Below are positions 13,901 to 29,981 of a DNA stretch of 64,000 nucleotides, piece after piece; positions within the stretch are counted from its first letter, which is position 1, and every line of letters begins with the position of its first letter. The notes under the pieces were generated by a model. It did not search any database and was not told where the DNA came from. It was given only the letters and a program-made list of their open reading frames with translations. Origin of the DNA: Conidiobolus incongruus B7586. Lineage: Eukaryota. Position numbers and translations under genes: made by a program. Where the stretch lies: NCBI GenBank assembly GCA_000697335.1, contig JNEM01013820.1:1-64000 (forward strand), read 5' to 3'.

Positions 13901-14905
13901 GGATTTAAGATAGAATATCAATTTAACTTGAATAAGACCCTAAATAGTCTCTATTAGTCAAGCTTTGATACATGATAGATCCAATAATAAACTATGATTT
14001 AGATTCAGATCATGTAATTAGTCAACTAAATATCAAAATGTTCGAAATATGCCATTATACATGTTATTTTTGCTATTCTTTATAAAGTACCGACAACTTA
14101 CATGTATCCACTATATAGGGCAATCGCCAGGAAACGTTAAGATGGGATGCTATTATGTCATTGTTATGTAACTTTCAAAATAAACATTATTCAATTATCG
14201 AAATGATTTGTTATTATAAATCTTTTTGTAAGCTTTAGTTGATTAAATTAATGCAATTAAAATTTAAAAATATTTCAATTTATTTTTATTATAGTATGAA
14301 TATAATAAAAAAAGATAGATAAATAATAAATTAAAAAAAATTTAAAATCTTTATAAATATATAAATTATAAACTGTTCAATTTTAATTTTTTATTAAAAT
14401 AATAAATATTATATATATATAATATTTTTGGTAATTGCAGTAAATTAAATTTTAATTAATATTACCCAATTAGTAATTTAATTCAAAAAAGAATAAAATT
14501 AATTTTTTTAATATTAATCATATATACTATTTTTAAATAAAAAATATTTTTAAATAAAAAATATTTTTAAATATTATTATCTAAAATATCAAATTGTTAA
14601 ACATTATACTTATTTTTTTTATAAAATTTTAAAAAGGACTATATTATACTTGTAATAGGTTTGTTAATAATTAACTATTCATTTAACATGATCAATTAAT
14701 AATTTTAATAAATTTTCACAATATATATATATTAAGATAAAAATAATTATAGTTTAAATTGTAAAATAAAAAATTAAAGTTTAAAAATATACAAATATAA
14801 TTATATATATATATATATTTTAATAATTTATTTATTTATTTTATTTTAAATTAAACCAGTTAATTTTCTTTTTGATAATTGGAATATTAATTCCTATTTT
14901 TAATT

Positions 14906-15577
14906 TTAATTTTCATATTCCAATTGATTTTCAGGTACAAATTGATTGGGTGTACCACATACAGTTAGGGTATATTGTTGGATGAAATTTAATAAATATA
15001 TCGATTGGTTCATATCAATCATTTCGAGGTTATTGTTCGATGTTTGCATTAAATTGCAGTATTCTTGATAGTGACTCGTTAGATAATTGAGTGGGTGTAC
15101 TGAGTAAGGGGGTGGTAATGTCCAAACAAATGTGCATACTTCAATACATCTCAATAAAAAATCAAAAGATATAGTACGCTTTTGGCTAAGTCTGATATCA
15201 AGGGAGGTTGGTGTAAAAAACTGGAGATGAGGATTTAATTCACTCATGAATGTAGAAATGTACTCAGGGTATAGCGTTGATTCGAAAGAACAGTATGATG
15301 GAGTGGGGGGCTGTAGCGGAGATGAAGGTTCAGTGGTTGCTGGAGAAAGTGGCGCAAACTGTTGGTTTGGCTCACAGCATTCAGATAACTGAGTATGATG
15401 TTTAGGTTTGGGTCCTCGTTTCTTAGGAACAGTTAAAAAAGTACATAATTTCCCTTTTTTTGAGCATGATTCACAATGAGAATTTTTAATTAATTTACAC
15501 TTAATTTTGGCTTTTCTACAAGCATCACAGGCTCTACCAATTAACTTTGGAGAATACGATGAAATAGTTTGATTCAT
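14906..15577 (-). CDS. Zn(II)2Cys6 fungal transcription factor (223 aa)
   Basis: ACDACRKAKIKC-x6-CESCSKKGKLC binuclear cluster followed by PKKRGPKP; intronless ORF. Confidence 0.92.
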   Translation of the reverse strand: MNQTISSYSPKLIGRACDACRKAKIKCKLIKNSHCESCSKKGKLCTFLTVPKKRGPKPKHHTQLSECCEPNQQFAPLSPATTEPSSPLQPPTPSYCSFESTLYPEYISTFMSELNPHLQFFTPTSLDIRLSQKRTISFDFLLRCIEVCTFVWTLPPPYSVHPLNYLTSHYQEYCNLMQTSNNNLEMIDMNQSIYLLNFIQQYTLTVCGTPNQFVPENQLEYEN

Positions 15578-16324
15578 TTTTTATATTTGAAAGCTGGAGT
15601 ATAAAACTAAAACTTGTGGATTCAAGTCAATAAAGTGGGGATTCAAGATCTCAGCTATATTTATACTTTTTAGAATCGATTCAATCATTCAGAGGAAACC
15701 GGTAATTGCATGATACATTGTTTATTATACAGGTCAAGGGTACAAGTTGATTTGAAATACAAAAATCATAATGTTTTGTTTGAATGCTCAGGTTAGCTGA
15801 AAAGGGAATAATAACTTTCTCAATTAAGAAATATAATACTTGACTATTTCATTTTTTGACTCAGTTTTTAAAAAAATAATTTTATCAATGCATCTTCGCA
15901 ATTTCTGCCTTCTATATATGGATATAACTCTTTTAGTCAAACCTTTTCTAACTCTATTTTTAATAAATTCGTATCCTAATAAGACTTATTTTGGATTAAT
16001 AGCCAATCAGAACAAGTTATATATTGAATGTTTAATATATTGAAATTCAATTTAAATCATAACAATAATATGAGGAAATATAGTAATACAATTTTAATAT
16101 TTATAACTATATGTTGTATATCATTCAATTTACATCAATACTCAACTTATGTAATATATCGATTCAATTTTAAAGTTTGTCTACTAATTCTTAAATAGAT
16201 ACACCACTAAAATCTTTTAGCATGAATTATTAAAAACCAGTTTTTACAATATGTTAAATTAAAATTTATATTATAATAAGATCAATAGTAATAATAAATG
16301 ATTTAATAATAAGGAATATATAAG

Positions 16325-16351
<27 letters not shown>
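16325..16351. repeat. (TA)n microsatellite
   Basis: Uninterrupted TA run. Confidence 0.9.
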
Positions 16352-16355
<4 letters not shown>

Positions 16356-19300
16356 AAGATAAATTGAGTTGATCATTTTAATATTCAGAATCAAGGAGAA
16401 AGAATTAAATCAACTGTTTTAAATTTCGAGGAGTGAAAAAATCCACTTATAACCAAATTTCCAATATTAAAAAATTTTGACAACTCTTTATCCTTGAACT
16501 GAGATTTACTAAACATTTAATTTGAATTTGACTTAATTATTTATCATCATACCTATATTTATTATCCTAAAAATTTACTAACAAATTAAATTTCCTAATT
16601 TGAAAATTAATAGGAACTCAATTTCAAATTTTCATTTATAAAAATCCTTATTCTTTTTGTGCAATTATATTTGTTTCTTTAATCCAGGGTGATATTTGTT
16701 GAAGTGTATATTATGACAGAGAATTATTATATATTTATATATATTGTATCCTTTACATCGGATGAAGTGTATTCCATATCTAGCAATGTATTAAAAAGTA
16801 TTATACAAAGCTGAAAGCTCTATGATATAATGTTATGAAGGTTTTTAAATATATTAATTATACAGGAAACTAAATTAAGTAAAATCAGGTCCCTTTAATT
16901 TAAAAAAATTGGAATCAAATGCCTAATTTTTAATCAATCTTTGATTTAATCATTTCATCCATTTTTATTATTATTTATTATAAACAATTAAACTTCTGAG
17001 TTTAAAATTTTTTCAAATATTTTTATAATTTTTATTTTTTTTGTAATAAGTTCAAATATATACTGTAGTATCGTAATATTATTCATCAAAATGACATCAT
17101 TATTTTATATAATACATAGTATTTAAACTGATATAATTATTTTAACGAATTTTTATTTTTTTAAATTGTATTTTTTTTATATTTATAATAAGTATAAAGA
17201 TTATCATTATGTTATAATAATTAAAAATAAATAAAATAAAATATTTTTTACAATAAAATTTGATATTATTATTAAAATTTGACTAAAAAAAATTAAACTA
17301 AGATTAGTCTTATAGTTATTTACATAAATTTTAATATTTTAATATTAGTTAAAATTATTAGATTCGGAATTTTAATTAATTATAATTATGCTGTACTATT
17401 CAAAATTTTCTGATGTAGTGGGTAAATTTTGAAGTAAATTATTTAGTACATTTTATGCATTTATATATTTGGTATAGGTGCTTTGACCTAATTTAAAATA
17501 TGATAGATTATACACGTTTATAAAAAATAAATTTTAAATAATAATATAATACTTAAATTTTTTGCATTAAAATCACATGAATTTTCTTTTTAAATAAATT
17601 TTAATTTATGGTGTTGTCGGTAAATTTCAAAGTAACCAATATATAAAAATTTATACAGTAATATATTTTTGAATAGATATTTGGAATTACTTTTTAATTT
17701 GCATGATTATTGACATCTGACAACAACAATTCCAAACAATTGTATTATTATATTTAATGTTGCATCAAATAAATTAGGAATATCTTTAATCGATTGTCAT
17801 TTTGTAGTGAATCAATATCGAATCAGATGATTTAATAGTTGACTATTCAATATATCATTCATTCTAGATATATAATAAACTCACATAAAGCTGAGGTTTT
17901 TTGATATTGATTAATTTGTTTATAAGACTATAAATTCTTAATATCAATATATTCTAGAGGTCATTCCTTATTAAGTAATTTTTCATTAACATAAATTTCA
18001 ATAACTTTATATTTGAAATAATATTCAAATAAATTATAAGTACCTCTTATCATAACAGTATATATAGCTCTTCACATGGAAATAAGGCTGTGACAACAGA
18101 TCAAATATGAAAAATAATTTTCATTCAAGTGTATAGTAGATAAATTTTGCGACAAATTTTGAGCATAAATATTTGAAATCATACTCACAAATATATCTGT
18201 CGGAATATCAAATTTCTTTTAAATTATTTTTTTATTTTAATATGGTTATTGAATTTTATTTAACTTTAAATTTAATAATTTATTCTGTTAAACTGTATTA
18301 TATTTCTATTATATAGACCTGAGGTTTATCCTAATCTTAAATATTTGAAATGGAGTTTGTTAGGAGTTCAAATATTTGATTATGATTTCGAAAGTTGATT
18401 GTTTTTAGTATTCTAAATGAATTTATATTTCAAATCAAGAAACGATATAGTAAAAGAGCGAATAAAAGTTACAATGATGCGGCTTTCCTAGGTAAAGAAT
18501 TCATTTTGAATTTTGCAGTTTGTAGTTAATTATATGATTATTGTATATTTGAGTGGGTATAGATATTCATATGTGATTTACAAATCTTTGATAATATTCA
18601 GAATCAGAGTGCAACTATTCAAGAAAATAGAATTGAAATTGATATCCATGAAAATGGTTTTCAGTAAAATAAATTCAGAATATTTCATATTATTTCAACA
18701 ATGGTTAATTATATACAAATATATTTCTAATTTCAAAATAGTAGTTATTCTACAAAACTCATTACTATTTATCTACTAATTTTTCAATTCTACCAAATTA
18801 TTTAAATTTGATAATAGGAAAAAAGTTATAATACAGATAAATTTTTATATATTAATAGAGAAATATTATAATGTCCAGTACAAATATAAATTGGATAGAG
18901 AAATATTCAATCAGAATATCAAGCGAAATTTCTAAAGGTATATATTACAATATGATTAAACCCAAAACAAGTTATACCATTTATATAATGACGGATATCC
19001 AATAATAAAATATAGATGAAAATATTAATTATTTTTATAGTTAATAAAATAATATAGTCAAACTTTTACAAAATTTGAAAAATAATAAATCTATAAACTT
19101 TATCAAAAGAGGAAAAATATAATTATATATATAGCTTTGAAAAAAAATAATATAATGAAATTATATAAATATTAAATAGCATTTCATGTAATTTTCATAA
19201 TGGATCATTTATCATTATATCTATTCTTTATACCATTCAAATTCAAAATAGAATAATTTTAAAATTTTCTATTAATAAACTCAAATTGAAAATTATATCT

Positions 19301-21849
19301 TAGATCCGACCAATAATCTATATAAACGTACGATAACCATTAATTTTATATGATGGAAGAAAATACCTCAATTTATTCTGATCCTCAATTATTCTAATTC
19401 AAGAAATCATAACATTTTAGTAAATTGAATTTAGCTGAAAATTTTTATATTGAAAATAGTTGATTTCCAAATAATCATTTAAATTTATTAACTATTGAAA
19501 TCAGACAATATATCAAATAAATTTAGTTGTATCAAATAACTATTCAATATTAAATTCCATCTTATTATTAAAACTTTACTCCAATTAAATTGAAATTAAA
19601 TTCTAATTAAATTCTAATTTTGAAACAATTATTCCAAAAGTTTATAAAAATTATTCAATTTTCAAGCTAACAAATATTAGTAAAAATATCATTGTGATGA
19701 TTTCATTTTAATCTACTTTAAGATAACAAAACCGAGGTAAAATAATCATAAGCTAAAAAGAAAAAAATCTTCTAAAAAGTCAAAAATAATCACATTGAAA
19801 TTTGTAGTAAATATATCCTATATTATCCAAAGTGTCCAATCATTTTTGTAGCTGTTAATCATCATACTTACAATGTTGTATATTTTGAGATAAATTGATT
19901 TTTCAAAATCTCAAAAAAAATTTTTTTAGAATAAATGATAATTTGGATGGTTTAATAGATTAACCGAAAATGTATTAACAAATTAGATAAGATAGTGTTA
20001 ACATTATCAAAATTATTATACTAGATATATTCAACCCACTAATTATCTTTGATCCTTGAAAATTGATAAAAATTAAGACTAGAATCTGATATAAAACAAT
20101 TAATATTAATAGCGATCCAAACCTGTCTTATTTTGTATTTTAGAATTTTATGTAAAAGGCAATTATTAGAATGGAATAGTTTTTATAATTCAAGTTAGAA
20201 TTTTTAATAATTCTCAATATTAATAAATATTATTGGATAGAAAATTAAAGGAAAAAATATTCATTTCGATTTTTATTAAATTTTAATGGATAATGATTGA
20301 TATATTATGATAGATTTTATCTAATTTTTGTTAATTTATTAAAAGTCATGAAATTATTTTTTAAACCAATTGTGTGATATCTAGTGTAAAATGGATATCT
20401 GAACAATTTATTACATACCAATTGGAATCAATATTCATTATCCAATGAAAAATTTCTTGAAATATTAATTCTACAAAAAATGACAGCAAATTTATTAAAT
20501 CTAAATCAGATTAATCCAATCCAATTTAAAAGCTCGAGTTAGCAACTACCAAGATTAATTGTATATAAAATTGAAATATTTATTTTCTCATTACAATATC
20601 AAATATTACATTGTTTACATTATAATAGTTTCCAATTTCGTAGTATAATTAATTCAATCACATGTGTATTAAGAATATATAGCGTGCTTTTATCATTATT
20701 TGATTTCAATATATATATATTATAGGATTTTTTTTTATAAATTTACTTGCTATATATGGCTTGATACTAATTGGTATAGTTATTCAACATTTTTGATATT
20801 CCAAGCATTATAAGTTGAGAGTTGATTAATGTTTAGATTCTATAATATATTCAAATGGTATAAGGCGTATTTAGATAATTGTAATAAATTATAAAAAACA
20901 GTTTAATGATATAGATTAAATACTCTAGAGTTAAATAACATACTGATTATTCTGTTAAAATCCAATGGGTAGATACTGACCTGGAAATTTCTGAATCAAT
21001 AAGTCATTTATTTAAAAGCATCAAAAATGTTAATATTATAATAATGATTTATAAAATAAAGTTTAATCTTAAATGAAATAAAAATTTTGAATTATATACT
21101 TAGTTGTTTTGAGCTATTTGCAAATTGTTCGATGATATATAGTAAATAAAGTATTTGGATAGCTCTAATAAAACCTGATTTTGTCTCAGTAACTTTCAGT
21201 ATCTTATCTATATCATAATTTAGAACAAAATATTGTCAAAAATATTTCGAATACATTAAAACTCAATTAGATTGGGTAATATCTTTTCTAGAGTGACTTA
21301 TATTAAATTATATCTATTTGCTTGAATTTTAAACTTTGCTATCATTAGTTTTAGTTATTAAATTGAATAATTATTTTAATTAATATTTATTTTCAAATAT
21401 AAAGTTTCAAGCGAAACTTAAGCAGAATGTAAAAATATTTATACAACTTTCAAGTGAAACCTCAGCAGGATATCATAATAATCGCTATAATTGCCTACTA
21501 AATTAAGTAATTGTAGTAAATGCTTAAATTGAAACATTAATTTATGTTTTTCAAATTAAATGTGTACAGATTACCAAGGTACTTAAGTTTCGATTAAAAT
21601 ATATAGATGAATTATTCTTTATTTAGAAGGAAAATACACCGATTATTATGATATCATGTCTAGATTATAGTTGAGAAGTATATATTACTACAAACAGTAC
21701 ATCTTGATTGTGACTTTGTTTTTTCCAAAAAAAAAATCCCATAATTCATGAATAATAAATTATTAATGACTGATTTTATTTATCGAATGTTAATTCAGGT
21801 CACTGATAAACAAATTTGACTGTTTTACAAATAATAAATAGTTGACTAA

Positions 21850-24114
21850 TCAAAAATATTTCAAGAGTCAATACATTCAAACTTTATGCTTTAATGTTGA
21901 TAGTTTAAATAAATATAAATTAGAAGTATTATTAAATATATTAACTGATTTACAATAAGTAAGAGAAATCACTATTTATATATCTAAAATAAATAACTAA
22001 ATCAAAATTTAGGAAAATATTCATTCAATATTGACTGTTGAAAATTGAGTAATAATACTTTTCAAAAAGAGGACCAGGTTTTAAGGTGATTGGATAAATT
22101 TGATAATTTAGTATTCATTCATCAAATTGAATAGAATATACAAAAATTATTATCAAATTTACTATTGAAATACTAAACATAGTATTCTATTAATATCTCT
22201 TGAGTAATGGTTATAACCAAATTCAATTCCTTAATGAATTTCTGAAACTCTAGAGCGAGAATCAATTGAATTTCATAGAATAGTTAGAGTTAATATTGTT
22301 ATTTAAAATATATTTTTTACCTTATATAATGATACCTAATAAAATACCAATATTGTTTTATAGGATCAAATAACAATATCCAATGGTATATCCTATATAT
22401 TGAATAATGGTTACTTCAGGAAAAAGAGTGAAATGGGCAATATTATGATGACTGCAGAGCATCTTCAAAAATGTTCTAAAAACGAAATATGTATAGCAAA
22501 ATTGATTTAACGAATATAATTGCAATAGTTAATTATTAGTTTCAGAATTAGGATATATGAAAACTGTCAAAGAACAAATGGAGTTAATAGCTTTAAAATT
22601 CAATAATGCTTCAAATCTTGTTTTGAGTTTCTTAAATTGTTATTCGTTTGTCAAGTAAAATATAGCACAATTTCGTATTCAACTAGGTTAATAAAACTTT
22701 AAATAACTCTATAAAAATAACAAATTTGGAATTGATATCAACTCCATCAAATGAGAGCTATCCCAATATCGATACTTAATTTTATGGTTTAATGAAATGG
22801 ATCACATAAGATACACATAACTTCGCCTATTTTGAGCATTTGCAATGTCAAGAATCAATTTTTCTGAATATCGTCGCTTTTCAGAAGCTTAATCAGTTTA
22901 ACTAGTATCAAGAGTACTGTAAAAGCTGAAGGCGTTGATTATTTATTTAATCAAGTTCAAAGAACCTATTAATTTACTCCTTTGTTAAATAAGAAATCTA
23001 ACAGTGAAAATATTAATAATAGTGGTAAGTCTTCAAAAATTGTAATCATTTTAAACGCAACCCAATAGAATATAGAACTAACCTGAAGATCTATGAATAT
23101 CAGAAAAAATTTTCGACAAATTATTCGTCTGTATTGTCAAAGAACAAAACTTTTTCTGTATACTATTCCATATTGGTATCAATCTCAACTTAAATTCCAA
23201 AACTAGAGTGGATCAAATCAATAAGCATACTCTACTTGGCGACTTGAACCTCTTTACACTCAAAGATATTAGCAGAGACATCCGTATTAAACCGAAGCTA
23301 AGTGGAAACATTACAAAAATGTTTGATAGATCTCACCACAAATCGAAGGCATTATATGAAATGATAAATAATTACGATCTTACTTTAATATTACCATTTT
23401 TAGCTAAAATTGAAGGATTTTTGATAATGACTAGTGATGCCAATCAAGAATATTTACAAAGTATTTTTTAGTCTTTGGTCGAATACAATTCTCAAGCGCA
23501 AATCCACGACAAAGTAAACAAAGAATACAAAAAGGTCATTCTTGTCATGTTCAAAAATTTCGAAGTCAGTACACATGCATGCGATGCAAGAGGTTACGAT
23601 CAAAAAGCTCAATTAAATCTCCACCTCATCACTCTCAAAAGCATGTGCAACTTCTACAGTGAAATCAGAGGTTTCAACAAGGATCTCATCATTAAATAAC
23701 TCAAAAAAAGCCAAAAAAAATCTACAAGTACCACTTGAGCTATACACTCAAAACGTTATGGATCGTCAATTCAAACACTTGCAAGCATTCTTCGATGATA
23801 TTGAAGCTTTGTTGAAAAATGAAACTCTAAGAGATGCCGAATTTCACCTTTCTTACAATAAACTGTCCCTCATCAAAACGAATCCAAGTAAAAATATCTG
23901 CAAAGACATTTCCAACTTATACAAACGTGTCATCAAAAATATGAGAGAGGATGATAATCAGTTTCCTGTGATTTGGTATAACATCCAACTGAGTTTCTTG
24001 GATGAGCATAATAAATTTACATGATTGATGCATCACTACTATGGGGAATCTAGCTTAAGCTTGGAGTTTAGTCCTGATAACTCGTAGCAGTATTTCTCAA
24101 ATATTTGTCGATAA
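21850..24114 (+). pseudogene. SEC3: Degraded inverted duplicate of SEC3 (exocyst component)
   Basis: ORF fragments align to the copy at 27427-29981 (QLNLHLITLKSMCNFYSEIRGFNK vs QLNLHVITLENMHHFYSETRGFNK; VIWYNIQLSFLDE vs VVWHNIQQSFLDE) with many stops, frameshifts and an internal deletion near 23483. Left boundary approximate. Confidence 0.88.
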
Positions 24115-25598
24115 CTTCTATTTTATTCCAAATTTTCATTTATAATTTTTCAATTTGGTGATAAATATAATATTAATTAAAGAAAATATTAAATTTTAAT
24201 ATTAACCTTTATTCGAAATAAACAATTTTTTTGAAATTTATTTGTAAAGAAATTGAGAAATGCCGAGACATATGATACTAAGAGATTTTTTTGTAAATTA
24301 CAATGAAATATCCAAAATATACATCTAATATATTTCTAATAGAAAATTTTCTAGAGACCAAATTTCAGCAATCAAACTCCTTGCAACGAAAATGGTTGCA
24401 TTATCAAAATCTAATTCTATAATATATTAGAAATATTGGTCTCATTATTGAGAAATATAAAGTCTTAAGTGATTCATTTTGAATTGATTCTATATGGCTT
24501 TGAGTATATAAGTATAATGAAAGCAAAGAATCCCCTAAAATTCGAAATTAATTCGGTATTTCCCAATTTATTCTATTGAACAAATTTTAATTTGGTTAAA
24601 TTCAAAGTAATCTCAATATTCAATACAGTCGGAATTAAAAGATTACCTATATTTATAATAGTTAAAAATATTTATTAAATCATTTAGAAATAAGAACAGG
24701 GTATTATCCAAATAGACCAAATATTTTAACAATCAATTAATAAATAATTGTTATAAATTTGTTAGATAATTAACCAATTGTTGATTTGAAATTAAATTAA
24801 TTGTATTTAAATTAATGGATCAATTCAACTTTAGTATTCAATAAAAAGTATATCAAAATAAATTTAATCAATCTTAGCATAATTGTATCATAAAATTTAG
24901 GGCATATAAACTATATTCAAATTAAATATCTTGATTAATAATAATATACTTTTGACAGAAAAAAAATATATAATAAAAATGATTGGAAAATTGCACAACT
25001 TTAGTAATGGGGTATCCAATTGATTTTGATAAATGTACTTATATCATTCTTCAATTTATAAAAATAATATAAATATAAATATTTTGATATCTTTAATTAT
25101 TATTTATTTAAACAAAAAAATTCAAAATTTAACGAATTATTACTTATTAAAAGTTCTATATAATATCACAATTTGGTTACAATTTAGAGAAATTAACATT
25201 GAATAAAATATGTTAGGTATTTTATTAGAAGATAGAAAATCAATAAAGTAAAACAACTGAATCAGTTAGATATTAGATATAATCATTATTATATATAGTA
25301 TAATTGAATATTTTATTCCAAAAAATAAGAAATTACCTATTTTCTCATAAAATATTTTAGAATCTAATCCCATAAAATTAATCATCCAAATAATTTTTAT
25401 AAATTTTAATCAATTTAATTTTGTTAATTCAAAAAATATTATAATTGATTAAAAAGTAATACAATAACAAAAATAATTTTTTTTCATAGTTGATTAATAT
25501 TATTTAATATATTTTTATTAGTTAAAATTCTATTTATTTTTTAAATACATTTAATTTGATTTATTAATCATATCAAATTTAGTTTTATAAATTAAATA

Positions 25599-27180
<1,582 letters not shown>

Positions 27181-27426
27181 TTAGTCATTGATATACATAT
27201 AAAATTACTTATTTCATTGGAACATTATTATAATTGTTGAAATTATATATTTGATTATATAAAATTGATAGTTTTTGAAAAAACTTAAAACCCAAAGAAT
27301 TAAACTTTTATATTTATTAAAACTCAACTTTATCCAAAATTTGTTTATTATCAGTTTCAAAAAAAAATTAAATTAATAATATTATTAAAATTGAATTTCA
27401 AGAAAGTTGCATTTTGAAAATAAAAC

Positions 27427-29981
27427 TTATCGACTTGCATTACTAAAATACTGCAACAAATCTTGGACACTAAATTCCAAACTGGCATTGGATTCACCAT
27501 AGCAACGTTGTATTAATTTCGTAAATCGTGTATATTCATCCAGGAAACTCTGTTGGATGTTGTGCCAGACTACCTGGAGGAGACGTTCTTCTTCGCCCAT
27601 GTGCTTGGTGACTCTCTTGTACATGTTGGTAATGCCTTTGCGGATATCTTCACTTGGATGCGTTCTGATGGGGGATTTGAGGGATTGCTTATTGTAAGAT
27701 ATGTAGAATGTGACCTCTTCGGGAGTTTCACCCTTCAACAAGGTTTCGATACCGTCGAAGAACTCTTGGAGACGTTTGAGGGGACGACTGATAATACCTT
27801 GAGTGTATAGATTCAAGTGGCGTTCGTAAGCTTCTTTGGCTTGTTGGTTAAATTGGTTAATAATTGGATTCTTGTTGAAACCTCTGGTTTCACTGTAGAA
27901 GTGGTGCATGTTTTCGAGGGTGATAACGTGTAAATTCAATTGCTCCTTTTCATCGTGGCTTCCTGCTTCGGATGCTCGCGCACTCGCTTCGAGATTTTCG
28001 AACATGACTAGGATAATCTTTTTGTACGCTTTGTTTACTTGATCGCGGATTTGAGTTTGAGAATTGCCTAAGAATCCCTCTAATCTACCCAGTAATATCT
28101 ATAAATATACAAATTTAGAATGATATATTGAAGTGTAATTGATAATTTAAATTACAGGGAAAGGTCTAAAGAAAGAAAGAATACCACTTTTCTTCTTAAC
28201 AGTTAAATGAGAATCTTTAATAACACGTACTTGCTCCTCCTAAATGAAAAAATAAGGTCAATATATAAATCAAACCAGCTAAACAATATAAATTACAATG
28301 AATAAATCAAATTGATCCCTAGCCCTCTTGACCAATGATTGTAAAATACTGTGTAAAAACTCCTGATTTGTATCAGTTATTTTTTCTAAAAAGATTTCAA
28401 TTCTCGTCAAAAATGGAATTAATAGTGTAGGATCGTGATTGTTTAACATTTCGCACAATTCCGTCAATTCATGGGGTAATCCGTCAAACATGCGAGCCAT
28501 ATTTTCACTCAACTTTTTGCGGATTCGGATGACTTTGCTCACAGCTTTGAGGGCAAAGAGGTCGGAATCACCTAGAGGTGGATGCTCATTAATTTGTTCA
28601 ACCCATGTTTGGAAATCGACGTCAGAATTGTTGCAGATGTGGAATAGTAAGCAGAAGAAGTTTTGCTCTTTGATTATGTCGGGTATTATGACGTTGAGAA
28701 CCTCTCCCAATACCTATTTAATAATTGAGTTTGTCTATATTTATGTAATTATAGATAATATTACAATATCTGCAGGTCTTCGATTATCGCCAGCCAAATC
28801 ACTGTTGGATCTCTTATGCAAAGAAGGCCCCAACTTGGAGCCTCCCTGAGCGCGACTGAACAAGTAATCCGCACCTTCTACTCTTACAGGTCGTTTAATA
28901 ATAGCCAAACTACGAAAAGTTTCCGGAAGGTGGCGATATTCTGGAGTATAAATCTTGGCAATGGAGGATGTGTACAACATTTGAAGTTCAGTATGTCTTC
29001 TAGGATCCATTTTCTTGAGCCACAGGGTTAGACCGCGGTATTTGGAGAGCTCCATTTTAATGGATTTCATATCGATGCGGAGTTTACCACCTTTTGAAGC
29101 GTCTTTTGAAGCTGAATCAATCTAGTACTAGAATCAAATAGAACCCAATATATTTATAATTCAATTTATTTGAAAAGCAAACATCACTTTGAGGTATTCG
29201 AAGCAACGCGTCGAAAAGTTGCTCGATTGCAGCGAAGTTAGATTGATTTGTTCGTTCACAGCTTTCATGGATGCAGTGCCTAAACCAAAAATTAGTTAAA
29301 TTCACTAAATATATTAAACTGATTTTACCATCTTCATACTTCGTCTTTAAACACCTCTGAAGACTAGCTGCAGTGATCATAATATTCTTCATCTCATTCT
29401 CACTGTCGAAGTGAGCTTTAGCCAATACGTCGAATAAATCTTTTGGTACAGCAGTTTGACCCTAGTGAGTTTATTAAAATATATATGGTTAAATTATTTG
29501 ATTTATTAATTACTAGAATTGATTCCAATTCTTTCAACAATTTCATCTGATTCCGACTCTGAATTTGTAACATTTCGTTAAGAGTTTGAATTTTAAAAAT
29601 ATCATCGCCGAAAGACTACTGTTCATATTGATAATAAAATAAATTAATGGGCATTAAGAATATTTATGTCTAATTCCGTCTTATAAACGGTTAACCAACT
29701 GTCTACATGATCCAAAGCCTGCAGCGTCTTATCCACACCTTGTAAAATTTGGTTCACTTGGTTCTCCGTGGTCAAGACTGCGTCAATATTAGCCTAATCT
29801 CAGAGTAATAAAAGAATATTATAAAATTAATATAAACATTTAAAGTTTCTAAACTTGATAACTCTTTTAACAACAGTTCTTCTAATTTCCAACGGTCAAA
29901 ATCGTCATCTAAATATAAATTTTATATTAAATCACTCACTAGATTGATATTATTATCTTGTATTAACTTTGTGGCGCTCAT
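27427..29981 (-). CDS. SEC3: Exocyst component Sec3 homologue (coiled-coil plus C-terminal helical region, no N-terminal PH domain seen); 5' part has an in-frame TAA and three non-GT donors, so functional status is uncertain
   Basis: Sec3-type segments ELSSLET/ANIDAVL, LQIQSRNQMKLLKELESIL, YRGLTLWLKKMDPRRH, EQNFFCLLFHI, DEKEQLNLHVITLENMHHF, LLQVVWHNIQQSFL. About 9 exons traced by eye. Confidence 0.8.

Noticed and set aside
15840..18779. Ile/Phe/Lys/Asn-rich ORFs here and at 590, 33564, 40419, 51208 and 52199
   Set aside because: Composition is what random AT-rich DNA translates to; several lack an ATG start.
21406..21480. Imperfect two-copy direct repeat (TTTCAAG(C/T)GAAAC..AGCAG) with ~42-nt period
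   Set aside because: Only two diverged copies; not a CRISPR array or a supportable element.
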